From Flavobacterium sp. (lineage in GTDB: Bacteria > Bacteroidota > Bacteroidia > Flavobacteriales > Flavobacteriaceae): a DNA stretch of 54,527 bases. The stretch's first letter is position 1, and each line of letters starts with the position of its first letter. The position numbers and the translations under genes were made by a program. Below, piece by piece: positions 28,764-37,599 of this stretch. Below the pieces are notes generated by a model that saw only the letters and a list, made by a program, of their open reading frames with translations, was not told the DNA's origin and did no database searches. The stretch covers positions 1 to 54,527 of the forward strand of contig JAIFLT010000044.1 in the NCBI GenBank assembly GCA_020048955.1, written 5' to 3'.

Positions 28764-29876
28764 ATGGAAACGAATAGAAGACTTTGGCTGAAAAAAATTG
28801 GAATTGGAGTAGCTGGTATTGGACTTTCAAACTTCAATTCATTTGCTTCTCCGCTTGTATCAGAAAATTTAAATACTAGTATTGAGAATGATGCTAAGTT
28901 AATTTTTTTGCGCTCAAATGAAAACCCATATGGTCCATCACCATTAGCAAGGAAAGCATTTGTTGATAATGCGAATATTAGTAACAGATATAATTGGGAT
29001 ATAGAAGCACAAATAGTTTCTGCTATTGCGTTGAAAAATAGTGTAAAAGATGAAAATATATTGTTAGGAGCTGGTTCAACTGAAATTTTAGATTTGGTTG
29101 CAAAATTTGTATCAATTGACAAAGGAAATTATGTAATCGCTGACCCAAGCTATGATTACTGGACAGTTACATTAGATAATTTAGGTTTAACTAAAACTAA
29201 AGTACCACTTACGGCTGACAAAAAAATTAATCTAAAAGCTATGTTAGAAGCTATAAACCAAGACACTAAACTTGTTTATATTTGTAATCCAAATAACCCA
29301 ACAGGAACAATTTGTGAACGAGATTCATTGGTAGAATTTGTAACCAAGATTCCACAAAATACAATTGTGTTAATTGATGAGGCATATTTAGAATTTACTA
29401 AACATCAATCATTAAGTAATTTGGTAAATGAAAACAAAAATGTTATTATCTCTAAAACATTTTCCAAAATATACGGTTTGGCTGGAGCACGAATTGGATA
29501 TGCAATTGCGAACAAAGTAATAATTGATAATTTGGCAAATTCGCAATCCAATACAAATAATAGCGTTAGTGTGTTGTCAAAACTTGCAGCTATAGCTTCG
29601 TTAAAAGATGATAAATTTGTTTCAAATTGCTACTTGCTGAATGAAAATGTAAGACAATATACTATCAGCGAACTCCAAAAATTAAATTGTGTGTGCATTA
29701 CTTCTAATACTAATTTTATCTATTTTTCACTTGCAAAATATGACAAAGACTATTTTAAGCAATTAGAAAAAAATAATATACAAGGAGGAAGAATATATGA
29801 AGAACAAGGAAAATGGACAAGGATTACAGTTGGTAAAATGGAAGAAATGAAAAAATTTATTAAAGCAATACAATAA
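28764..29876 (+). CDS. Tat-signal-bearing HisC-like PLP aminotransferase
   Basis: NRRLWLK twin-arginine leader; NENPYGPS, CNPNNPTG, DEAY and KTFSKIYGLAGARIGY. Confidence 0.88.
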   Translation: METNRRLWLKKIGIGVAGIGLSNFNSFASPLVSENLNTSIENDAKLIFLRSNENPYGPSPLARKAFVDNANISNRYNWDIEAQIVSAIALKNSVKDENILLGAGSTEILDLVAKFVSIDKGNYVIADPSYDYWTVTLDNLGLTKTKVPLTADKKINLKAMLEAINQDTKLVYICNPNNPTGTICERDSLVEFVTKIPQNTIVLIDEAYLEFTKHQSLSNLVNENKNVIISKTFSKIYGLAGARIGYAIANKVIIDNLANSQSNTNNSVSVLSKLAAIASLKDDKFVSNCYLLNENVRQYTISELQKLNCVCITSNTNFIYFSLAKYDKDYFKQLEKNNIQGGRIYEEQGKWTRITVGKMEEMKKFIKAIQ

Positions 29877-29879
29877 AAA

Positions 29880-30000
29880 AATTGCTATCAATTGCAAAAA
29901 TGGTGGGTTATGAGCTTAATTTAAATTTGATTTTGTACTTGCAAATTCAGTGTTTAACCGAAAATTTAGGCTTCCTTAATCCGCAACTTCTGCAAGCTGC
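29880..30000 (+). repeat. Degenerate attC-like long imperfect palindrome
   Basis: AATTGCTATCAA right after the stop, then arms TTGCAAAAATGGTGGGTTA (29892) and TAATCCGCAACTTCTGCAA (29977). Confidence 0.55.
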
Positions 30001-30268
30001 GAAAGGATAGATTTTTACTAAAAATCTTTGCCTATCTTGGCTACGGAACTATTTTTAGTGAAGAAATATAACAAAAACGAACAAGTAGATTGGGCTATTT
30101 TATTCAGCTATTTGGTACTAAAAATAAAAGCAAAACATCTAGGGCAAGATAGAAGTCAAAAATAGTGAGTTAAGAAATATTCACTGTCATAGTAGAGCTG
30201 TTGCATAAAAATATACGGTAGGCAAATGCAATTTTCACAGATAAAGTAAAAAATGCTCAAGTTATTTT

Positions 30269-30365
30269 ATGAAATCGCCATTAACAACAAGTTTGCGTAA
30301 GCAAACACCTATAAATAAAAGCGATGCCCTATATGACCGCTAACAAATCAAATTTTACATATATG
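30269..30365 (+). ncRNA. Candidate structured cis-element, copy A
   Basis: ATCGC/GCGAT outer stem and GTTTGC-GTAA-GCAAAC hairpin; homologous to 49640..49737; ends at an ATG. Confidence 0.55.
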
Positions 30366-30440
30366 AAAAAACTACAAATTTGTTCTGCAAAATCTCGTTG
30401 TATAAATAAAAAAATAACTCTTACAACCAAAAATAGAGAC

Positions 30441-30564
30441 TATTAAAAAACTAGAAACGCTTATAAAGTTTATTTAAAATCCAAGTATAAGCGTTTTTAT
30501 TCCTCTTATTAATCACAACTTATTAATCACAACTATCAAAATAGAGTAGATTTTCAGTGCTCTC
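30441..30564 (-). repeat. Dispersed IS-end/MITE-like element, copy 2
   Basis: Minus strand begins GAGAGCACTGAAAA; AAACGCTTATA/TATAAGCGTTT hairpin; internal 14-bp duplication CTTATTAATCACAA x2. Confidence 0.55.
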
Positions 30565-30601
30565 TTTTTAGTACAGTATCTTTTTTATTGATTTATACTT
30601 A

Positions 30602-32224
30602 TTATTTACATTCGTCTAGTGCTTGTGCAAATGATAAAATACTTTCTAAGTTGTTTTTAAACTCTTTTTTGTCCACTCTATCCAATAAAGATTGACAACC
30701 GGCTGCCAATTCTTCAAATCGTTTTTTTGGACCCAACATCCAAGAAGCAGAAGCATTCGATTTTCCTTCCGATTCGTTGGTTGCTTTTATGATGATTTCA
30801 CCATTAAAATATTGATATACCGACATTTTTTTACCAGCATACATTTCTTTAACGAATTTTTTACTGGCTCCAGAAAGTGTCACACCACCATTTTCAGTAG
30901 AAACTTTAAACGCTACTGTTGCAAACTCTTCTCCATTACTTAAAATTAGCTTGTTAACTTCATTCGCTTTAAAACTTCTTTCAGAGAATTTTCCTTGAAA
31001 ATCTTTAACCGTTACCAATACAGCATCACTTAAGTTCAAACCTCTGCTTTTTGGCATATAACCTGTAACCGTATCTTTTTTGATAGTTAAGATGTAAGCC
31101 AAAGTATAGTTCGGATCGGTTTCAATGCTGTAAGGAGCCGATTGAGAATAAGAAGAATTAGAATTGTAAGTTTGCTGTTGTGGCACGTTTTCTTCAAATA
31201 TAAAATTCTTCGTATCTACAGGAAAGTGTCTTGTTTTTATCTGATTCACGTTAAACAACGCAATGTTATTGTCATTTTCTTTCACCATCGATTTACCATC
31301 TCCGGGGTCGTAGTCATTCGTTATAAGGATATTAGCCCACTCGTTAGACTTAGCTGGTTGGTCAAGGTAGTTGTAGATTTTAGCTAAATTGTAGTAAGCA
31401 CTGTAACGAATTTTTCTATCAGCTTTAGAATCTGTAGTATATTTGTTTGACAATGATTTGAAATAGTTGATAGGCTCTTCTAGCTCTTTTTCAAAACCTT
31501 CCATGGGTTCAGCAAAGTTCATTTTGTCTAATACCGCTTTTGCTTGTAGGTAAGCATTGTATTCTGAAGCTTGTTCAGGGTGTTTTTTGTTTGCCAAAAT
31601 CCAAAATTGGTCTTTACCGGTTTTCACTTGATAACCAAATTCATTATTTAGTTCGCTATTCAAACGGTTTACCACTTCATTCAAATAATTGTTTACAATA
31701 GAACTTTGTAAAGAATACTGACCATTTTGTGCTTGGTTGTAATTCTCTGTTTCCGTTCCTTTTATTGTATTAGAACCATTGAAACTGATTATTTTGTTAA
31801 TTTTACCATCACCGCTTACCACTTTAGCATTCCCTTGTTGGCTATATGAAACTACTGGAGTGTAGTAGTATCTAGTAGTTTGCACCCCATTTCTATCTTT
31901 GCTTGAAACAGTTCTTGTGGTCACTTCTTTTTTTGTAACAACCGGGTTTTGGAGCATTACTTCAACACTCATATAACCATTTTTCTCTTTTTTTTCTAAA
32001 CCAGATATAGTCACTTGATTTTCAATAAAGTACTTTGACTTATTGTACAATAACGAGCGATCAAAAGCGATTAAAAACGAGTAGTTTCTGTTCTTCTTTT
32101 CTAAGATAGGTTTCGTAGGCAATTGCACGTAGGAGTAATTAATTTCAAAAGGATCTAAATCCGTAGATTGCGCTAAAATGCTCCAAGAAGACAACATCAA
32201 AAAAGCTAAAATAATTTTTTTCAT
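30602..32224 (-). CDS. Exported hypothetical protein with TPR-like helix pair
   Basis: Signal peptide ending ILA-Q; AYYNLAKIYNYLDQ; Gln/Ser linker separating two domains. Confidence 0.82.
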   Translation of the reverse strand: MKKIILAFLMLSSWSILAQSTDLDPFEINYSYVQLPTKPILEKKNRNYSFLIAFDRSLLYNKSKYFIENQVTISGLEKKEKNGYMSVEVMLQNPVVTKKEVTTRTVSSKDRNGVQTTRYYYTPVVSYSQQGNAKVVSGDGKINKIISFNGSNTIKGTETENYNQAQNGQYSLQSSIVNNYLNEVVNRLNSELNNEFGYQVKTGKDQFWILANKKHPEQASEYNAYLQAKAVLDKMNFAEPMEGFEKELEEPINYFKSLSNKYTTDSKADRKIRYSAYYNLAKIYNYLDQPAKSNEWANILITNDYDPGDGKSMVKENDNNIALFNVNQIKTRHFPVDTKNFIFEENVPQQQTYNSNSSYSQSAPYSIETDPNYTLAYILTIKKDTVTGYMPKSRGLNLSDAVLVTVKDFQGKFSERSFKANEVNKLILSNGEEFATVAFKVSTENGGVTLSGASKKFVKEMYAGKKMSVYQYFNGEIIIKATNESEGKSNASASWMLGPKKRFEELAAGCQSLLDRVDKKEFKNNLESILSFAQALDECK

Positions 32225-32421
32225 AATTAGAGTTTATTTTTACAAATATATAAAAAGTTCGTTACCTAACATCCTCTCATTTTTTTTAAAAACTAATTTT
32301 AGAGTCATTTGGTATAATAACGATTAGCATTATATAAGAATCCAATAAATTGAGCTCAATATATTTATAAGACTAAACAAAGCAAATAGTTAGTTTTATC
32401 GGACAATGATGTTCTGAAATG

Positions 32422-35223
32422 TTATAATTTCTCTTTTAAATAGTTACCTGTAATCGACACTTTATTTTTTACAACATCCTCTGGAGTTCCAACTGCAAGA
32501 AGCAAACCGCCATTTTCTCCACCCTCAGGACCCAAATCAATAATCCAATCGGCACATTTAATTAAATCTAAATTGTGCTCTACAACAATAATGGAGTGTC
32601 CTTTGTCTATCAATGCATCAAAAGAAGCTAATAGTTTTTGAATGTCATGAAAATGTAATCCGGTTGTTGGTTCATCAAAAACGAACAATGCTTTGTCTTT
32701 AGTAGTTCCTTTTACAAGAAATGATGCTAATTTAATTCGTTGCGCTTCGCCACCAGAGAGAGTAGAAGAAGATTGTCCTAATTGAACATAACCTAGTCCA
32801 ACATCTTGTAAGGGTTGTAACTTCTGCATAATTTTAGATTGTTTGTGCTCACTAAAAAACAAAATGGCATCATCAATGGTCATCGTTAGAATATCATCAA
32901 TGTTTTTTCCTTCAAAAGTTACTTCTAGAATTTCTTTCTTAAATCGTTTTCCGTTACATGTTTCACATGGTAATTCTACATCAGCCATAAAAACCATTTC
33001 TACATTGATAGAACCATCACCTTTGCAAGTTTCACATCGTCCGCCATCTACATTGAAAGAAAAATGTTTGGGTAGATAACCTCGAATTTTAGATAATTTA
33101 GTTTTAGAAAACAAATCACGTATATCGTCATAAGCTTTTATATATGTTACAGGATTAGAACGAGAACTTCTTCCAATTGGATTTTGATCTACATATTCAA
33201 TATGATGAATTTTGTGATAATGTCCTTGCATATCAGAGAACTGACCAGCTTTTTCACCAACACCTTCCAATCTTTTTTGAATGGCAGGAAATAATATTTT
33301 TTTTACCAAAGTACTTTTTCCACTACCAGAAACTCCGGTAACAACCGTTAAGCATTCTAAAGGAAAACGAACATCAAGATTTTGTAAATTGTTTTCTCTA
33401 GCTCCTAGTATATCAACATAAGCACTCCATTTTCTGCGAATTCTTGGAACTTTTATTTCTAATTCTCCATTAAGATATTTAGCTGTTAAAGAATTAGATT
33501 TCAAAATTTCATCAAATGTTCCTTGCGCAACTAAATTCCCACCGTGAGTTCCTGCTTCAGGACCGATATCAATAATCATGTCAGCTTGTTTCATGATGTC
33601 TTCGTCGTGTTCAACAACGATTACGGTATTTCCTAAATCGCGAAGATTTTTTAATACAGCAATCAGCAATTGGGTGTCTTTTGGATGCAATCCAATGCTT
33701 GGTTCGTCTAAGATATACATTGAACCCACCAAACTACTTCCTAACGAAGTGGCTAAGTTAATTCGTTGTGATTCACCACCAGAAAGAGTTGATGAATTTC
33801 TGTTCAGTGTCAAATATTCTAATCCAACGTTACTTAAAAAAGCCAATCTGCTATTGATTTCTATTAAAAGTCGTTTTGATACCGTTTTATCATATTCAGA
33901 TAATTGTAAATCTCCAAAAAACGGAATCAATCTCTTAATTGGTAGATCAACTAAATCAGAAATGGTTTTTCCTCCAACCTGAATATAATTGGCTTCAATT
34001 CGCAGTCGTTTTCCTTTACAAACATTACACTTAGTCTTACCGCGATATCGCGATAGCATCACACGATTCTGAATTTTATAGTTTTTTTCTTCTAATTCCT
34101 TAAAGAAATCATTCAGTCCTTGAAAATATTGATTTCCTTTCCAAACCAAGTCTTCTTGCTCTTCAGAAAGCTCAAAATAAGGTTTATGAATTGGAAAATC
34201 AAACTTGTAAGCTTTGTTTACCAATTCATCTCGATACCAACCCATACTTTCGCCACGCCAAGGATAAATTGCATTTTCAAAAATAGAAAGTGCTGTGTTT
34301 GGAATCACTAAATCTTCATCTATCCCAATGATATTTCCATAACCTTCGCAAGTTGGGCAAGCACCATAAGGATTATTAAAACTAAATAAATGAACGTTGG
34401 GTTCTAAAAAAGTCATGCCATCCAATTCAAAATTGGAACTAAATTCCAAACGTTCGTTATTTAATAAATCTTGTAAATAACATTCGCCTTTTCCTTCAAA
34501 AAAAGCGGTTTGAACAGCATCAGAAAGTCGATTAAAGAACTCTTCTTCTTCTTTAACAATGATTCTATCAATAATTAATAAAACGTCTTTGTTGCTCAAT
34601 TTTGTCTCATGGCGCGCAGTCGAAATTTCGTCTAAACGAACCATTTCGTTATTAACCAAAATCCTCGAAAATCCTTGTTGAAGAAGCACTTTAAGTTTAT
34701 CCTCTAGTTTTCTTCCTTGTTCTAAATGAATTGGAGCTAGAAGTAGCCAACGACTTTCCAGTTCAAATGTTTTTACTTTATTGATTACATCAGAAACAGT
34801 ATCTTTTCTAACTTCATTTCCAGAAATAGGCGAAATTGTTTTACCAACTCTAGCGAAAAGCAATTTTAAATAATCATAAATTTCTGTAGAGGTTCCTACT
34901 GTTGAACGAGCGTTTGTAGTATTTACTTTTTGTTCAATAGCAATTGCAGGTGCAATTCCTTTGATATATTCAACTTTTGGTTTATCTAAACGTCCAAGAA
35001 ATTGTCTTGCATAAGAAGATAAACTTTCTACATATCTTCGTTGACCCTCGGCATACAAAGTGTCAAATGCTAATGATGATTTTCCCGAACCTGAAAGTCC
35101 TGTTATTACAACCAATTTATTTCTTGGAATAGCAACATCAAGTGACTTTAAGTTATGAATTTCAGCACCTTTTATTAAGATGTTCTTTTTAGGTTCTAAT
35201 ATAGAAAAATCTTTTGAAATCAT
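32422..35223 (-). CDS. uvrA: Excinuclease ABC subunit A
   Basis: Two ABC modules ([23 protein letters not shown] twice) and Cys zinc fingers. Confidence 0.97.
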   Translation of the reverse strand: MISKDFSILEPKKNILIKGAEIHNLKSLDVAIPRNKLVVITGLSGSGKSSLAFDTLYAEGQRRYVESLSSYARQFLGRLDKPKVEYIKGIAPAIAIEQKVNTTNARSTVGTSTEIYDYLKLLFARVGKTISPISGNEVRKDTVSDVINKVKTFELESRWLLLAPIHLEQGRKLEDKLKVLLQQGFSRILVNNEMVRLDEISTARHETKLSNKDVLLIIDRIIVKEEEEFFNRLSDAVQTAFFEGKGECYLQDLLNNERLEFSSNFELDGMTFLEPNVHLFSFNNPYGACPTCEGYGNIIGIDEDLVIPNTALSIFENAIYPWRGESMGWYRDELVNKAYKFDFPIHKPYFELSEEQEDLVWKGNQYFQGLNDFFKELEEKNYKIQNRVMLSRYRGKTKCNVCKGKRLRIEANYIQVGGKTISDLVDLPIKRLIPFFGDLQLSEYDKTVSKRLLIEINSRLAFLSNVGLEYLTLNRNSSTLSGGESQRINLATSLGSSLVGSMYILDEPSIGLHPKDTQLLIAVLKNLRDLGNTVIVVEHDEDIMKQADMIIDIGPEAGTHGGNLVAQGTFDEILKSNSLTAKYLNGELEIKVPRIRRKWSAYVDILGARENNLQNLDVRFPLECLTVVTGVSGSGKSTLVKKILFPAIQKRLEGVGEKAGQFSDMQGHYHKIHHIEYVDQNPIGRSSRSNPVTYIKAYDDIRDLFSKTKLSKIRGYLPKHFSFNVDGGRCETCKGDGSINVEMVFMADVELPCETCNGKRFKKEILEVTFEGKNIDDILTMTIDDAILFFSEHKQSKIMQKLQPLQDVGLGYVQLGQSSSTLSGGEAQRIKLASFLVKGTTKDKALFVFDEPTTGLHFHDIQKLLASFDALIDKGHSIIVVEHNLDLIKCADWIIDLGPEGGENGGLLLAVGTPEDVVKNKVSITGNYLKEKL

Positions 35224-35242
35224 ATTAAGATTAGAATTTTTG

Positions 35243-35250
35243 CAAAGATA
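35243..35250 (-). promoter_or_regulatory. -7 element for uvrA
   Basis: TATCTTTG on the minus strand. Confidence 0.65.
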
Positions 35251-35436
35251 ATGATTTATGAAATGAGAAATAGTATAATCTAGTTAGTAAAAATTGTTAG
35301 AATATTAATTTGAAAATAAATAGGTATATGTCATTTTTTTATGAATGATTTTGTGATATTGACAAAACTATATGTGAAATTTAATGTATTGCTAATTTTT
35401 TCAATTGTTATTTCAATGCTATAATGTTAAAATTAC

Positions 35437-35566
35437 CTATACATTAACTTAACATTATTATTAATTTTAGAGTTTTGGAGTTTATTGTTAAATACCATTA
35501 AATAGAGGATTTCTTATTTATTTCAAACGATTTAGTTAATTTTTATTTTGTATAGTTTTTATATAG
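35437..35566. promoter_or_regulatory. Putative paired operator sites upstream of the T9SS glycan-binding gene
   Basis: CTATACA-N4-CTTAACA (35437, +) and CTATATA-N4-CTATACA (35549..35566, -). Confidence 0.6.
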
Positions 35567-35630
35567 TAGCATTGTATTTTATTTTTATAATTATTACATA
35601 AATTTACAATTCAACTAAATTATAAAAATT

Positions 35631-37454
35631 ATGAAAAAAATTACTTTGATGTTGTTCGCTTTATTATCATTTAGCGGATTTTCTCAAAACGTTGTCACCA
35701 ATGGTGACTTTAGTGGTGGTTTAAGTTCTTGGACTCCTTATTTTGCAGATTTTGCAGGAGTTTCTGGAGTTGTAAATGCCACTAACAGTGAGGCTAATGT
35801 AACTACTATCGTTGGTGCTGGTGGTCAAACATGGCACGTTCAACTCAACCAAGTATTGACTCCAACTCAAATCTCATCATTAACAGCGGGACAGAGTTAT
35901 AAAATTACTTTTGATGCTAGAGGTTCTGTTGCTCGTCCTGTTAGATTGTTTTTCGGAGAAGACGGAGGAGGTTTTGCAGCAATTCACACACAAGATTTCA
36001 ATTTAACTACTAGTATGGCAAACTATGAAGCTACATTTGTTGTTGGACAAACGTATGCGTCAATGAAATTAGGTTTTGAAGGTGGATTGAGTAATGCTAG
36101 TTTTTTTATTGATAATGTAACTTTGACTCAAGTTCCAACTGTACCAGTTGCTTTACCTTTAGTTTTAGGTTTTGAAACATCTGAAAGTGGAGGTATCAAT
36201 GGCGCTTCTTTTGGTTCTGGTCCACAGCCAGTTTTAGAAACAGGAACGGGAACTAATACAACTCAAGTAATGAAAATTACAGGTAATCCTGCTGGTGACC
36301 CATGGCAAGGAATCAATTTAAATTTAACTACAGCCGTTAATTTAACAACATCTCAAACAATGACTATGGATGTGTTTTCTGCAGATCCAATTAATTTTTT
36401 AGTTAAGGTTACCAATGGTATTGCTCCAGCTACTACAGTAGCTGCTGCTGCATCGCATCCAGGTGGTAGTACTTGGCAAACTGTTACTTTTACTTTTAAC
36501 ACCTCTTTAGATGGACAGCCTGCACCTGCATCTGGTGTTTATACTGGTTTTGTGATTCATACTTATTGGACTTCTGGTGGAACATCTTTCTATACCCAAC
36601 CAGGTAATGTTCCAATACCAAGACCAACTAGAACATTTTACGTTGACAACATAAGAGGACCACTTGGAACAGCTCCTGTAATTCCAACGCCTTCTACACC
36701 AGCTCCAGTTCCTACTGCTCCTAATGGTCAAGTTTACAGTATTTACAACGACACAAATAGTTATACTACTACTTTTCCAGTTGCTTATGACTTTGGAACA
36801 TTATCGGCTGAACCAGATTTAGATGCTACATCTGTTGTAAACAAAGCATTACGTTACAATTTTGGTATTGCAGGATGGGGTCAAGGTGAAGCAAATGCTA
36901 ATGTTACATCGTATGGTTTTGTTTCTTTTGATTATTGGGCTCAACCAAATTTACCTAATGGTTTTAGATTTGTAATGATTAGTAATAATGGTGGTGTAAC
37001 TGAACATGTTTATCAAATTGGAACAAATGAACCATTAGTTACAGGTCAGTGGAAAAAAGTTGAGATTCCGATGTCCTTTTTTACGGGTATTGGTTTTGCA
37101 AGTACAAATTTTTTCCAATGGAAATGTAGTCCCTATAATGATAGTGTTGACAATGCGGGTTATGTGTATGTTGATAATATTATGTTAACAACTAATTCTC
37201 AATTAACTAATAATACTTTTAGTGCTTCAAATGTAAAACTTTATCCAATTCCAGCTAAAGATTTATTAAATATTGAAGCTCCTTCAATTGTTGAAAGAGT
37301 ATCAATATATAATATTTTAGGTCAGGAAGTTCTTAATGAAGTTACTAATAATGAATTAGTTTCTGTTAATGTTTCTAGCTTAACCTCTGGTATTTATGTA
37401 ATAAAAGCTACTATTGAAGGTAAAGTTTCTTCAACAAAATTTATTAAAGAATAA
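35631..37454 (+). CDS. T9SS-secreted multi-module carbohydrate-binding protein
   Basis: Signal peptide; CBM4/9-like N-domain (NGDFSGG...WHVQLNQ...FIDNV); two more beta-sandwich modules; type A CTD (LYPIPAKD...IYNILGQ...SGIY...KFIKE). Confidence 0.85.
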   Translation: MKKITLMLFALLSFSGFSQNVVTNGDFSGGLSSWTPYFADFAGVSGVVNATNSEANVTTIVGAGGQTWHVQLNQVLTPTQISSLTAGQSYKITFDARGSVARPVRLFFGEDGGGFAAIHTQDFNLTTSMANYEATFVVGQTYASMKLGFEGGLSNASFFIDNVTLTQVPTVPVALPLVLGFETSESGGINGASFGSGPQPVLETGTGTNTTQVMKITGNPAGDPWQGINLNLTTAVNLTTSQTMTMDVFSADPINFLVKVTNGIAPATTVAAAASHPGGSTWQTVTFTFNTSLDGQPAPASGVYTGFVIHTYWTSGGTSFYTQPGNVPIPRPTRTFYVDNIRGPLGTAPVIPTPSTPAPVPTAPNGQVYSIYNDTNSYTTTFPVAYDFGTLSAEPDLDATSVVNKALRYNFGIAGWGQGEANANVTSYGFVSFDYWAQPNLPNGFRFVMISNNGGVTEHVYQIGTNEPLVTGQWKKVEIPMSFFTGIGFASTNFFQWKCSPYNDSVDNAGYVYVDNIMLTTNSQLTNNTFSASNVKLYPIPAKDLLNIEAPSIVERVSIYNILGQEVLNEVTNNELVSVNVSSLTSGIYVIKATIEGKVSSTKFIKE

Positions 37455-37474
37455 GTTTAAATACTTAAATATCT

Positions 37475-37503
37475 AAAGGCTGTCTGGATGACAGCCTTTT
37501 TTT
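37475..37503 (+). terminator. Intrinsic terminator
   Basis: AAAGGCTGTC-tggat-GACAGCCTTTTTTT. Confidence 0.9.
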
Positions 37504-37599
37504 ATGACAAGTTTTTAAAATTACTTTTATTTATTAAGCTAGTTTTTTGACTATTATTATTTTTTAATTACATTTAGCCTCAATATTAATTATAAAAAA

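Noticed and set aside
28736-29122. 128-aa minus-strand ORF
   Set aside because: Antisense shadow of the aminotransferase
28764-29876. Gene symbol hisC
   Set aside because: The Tat signal and accessory context argue against the biosynthetic enzyme
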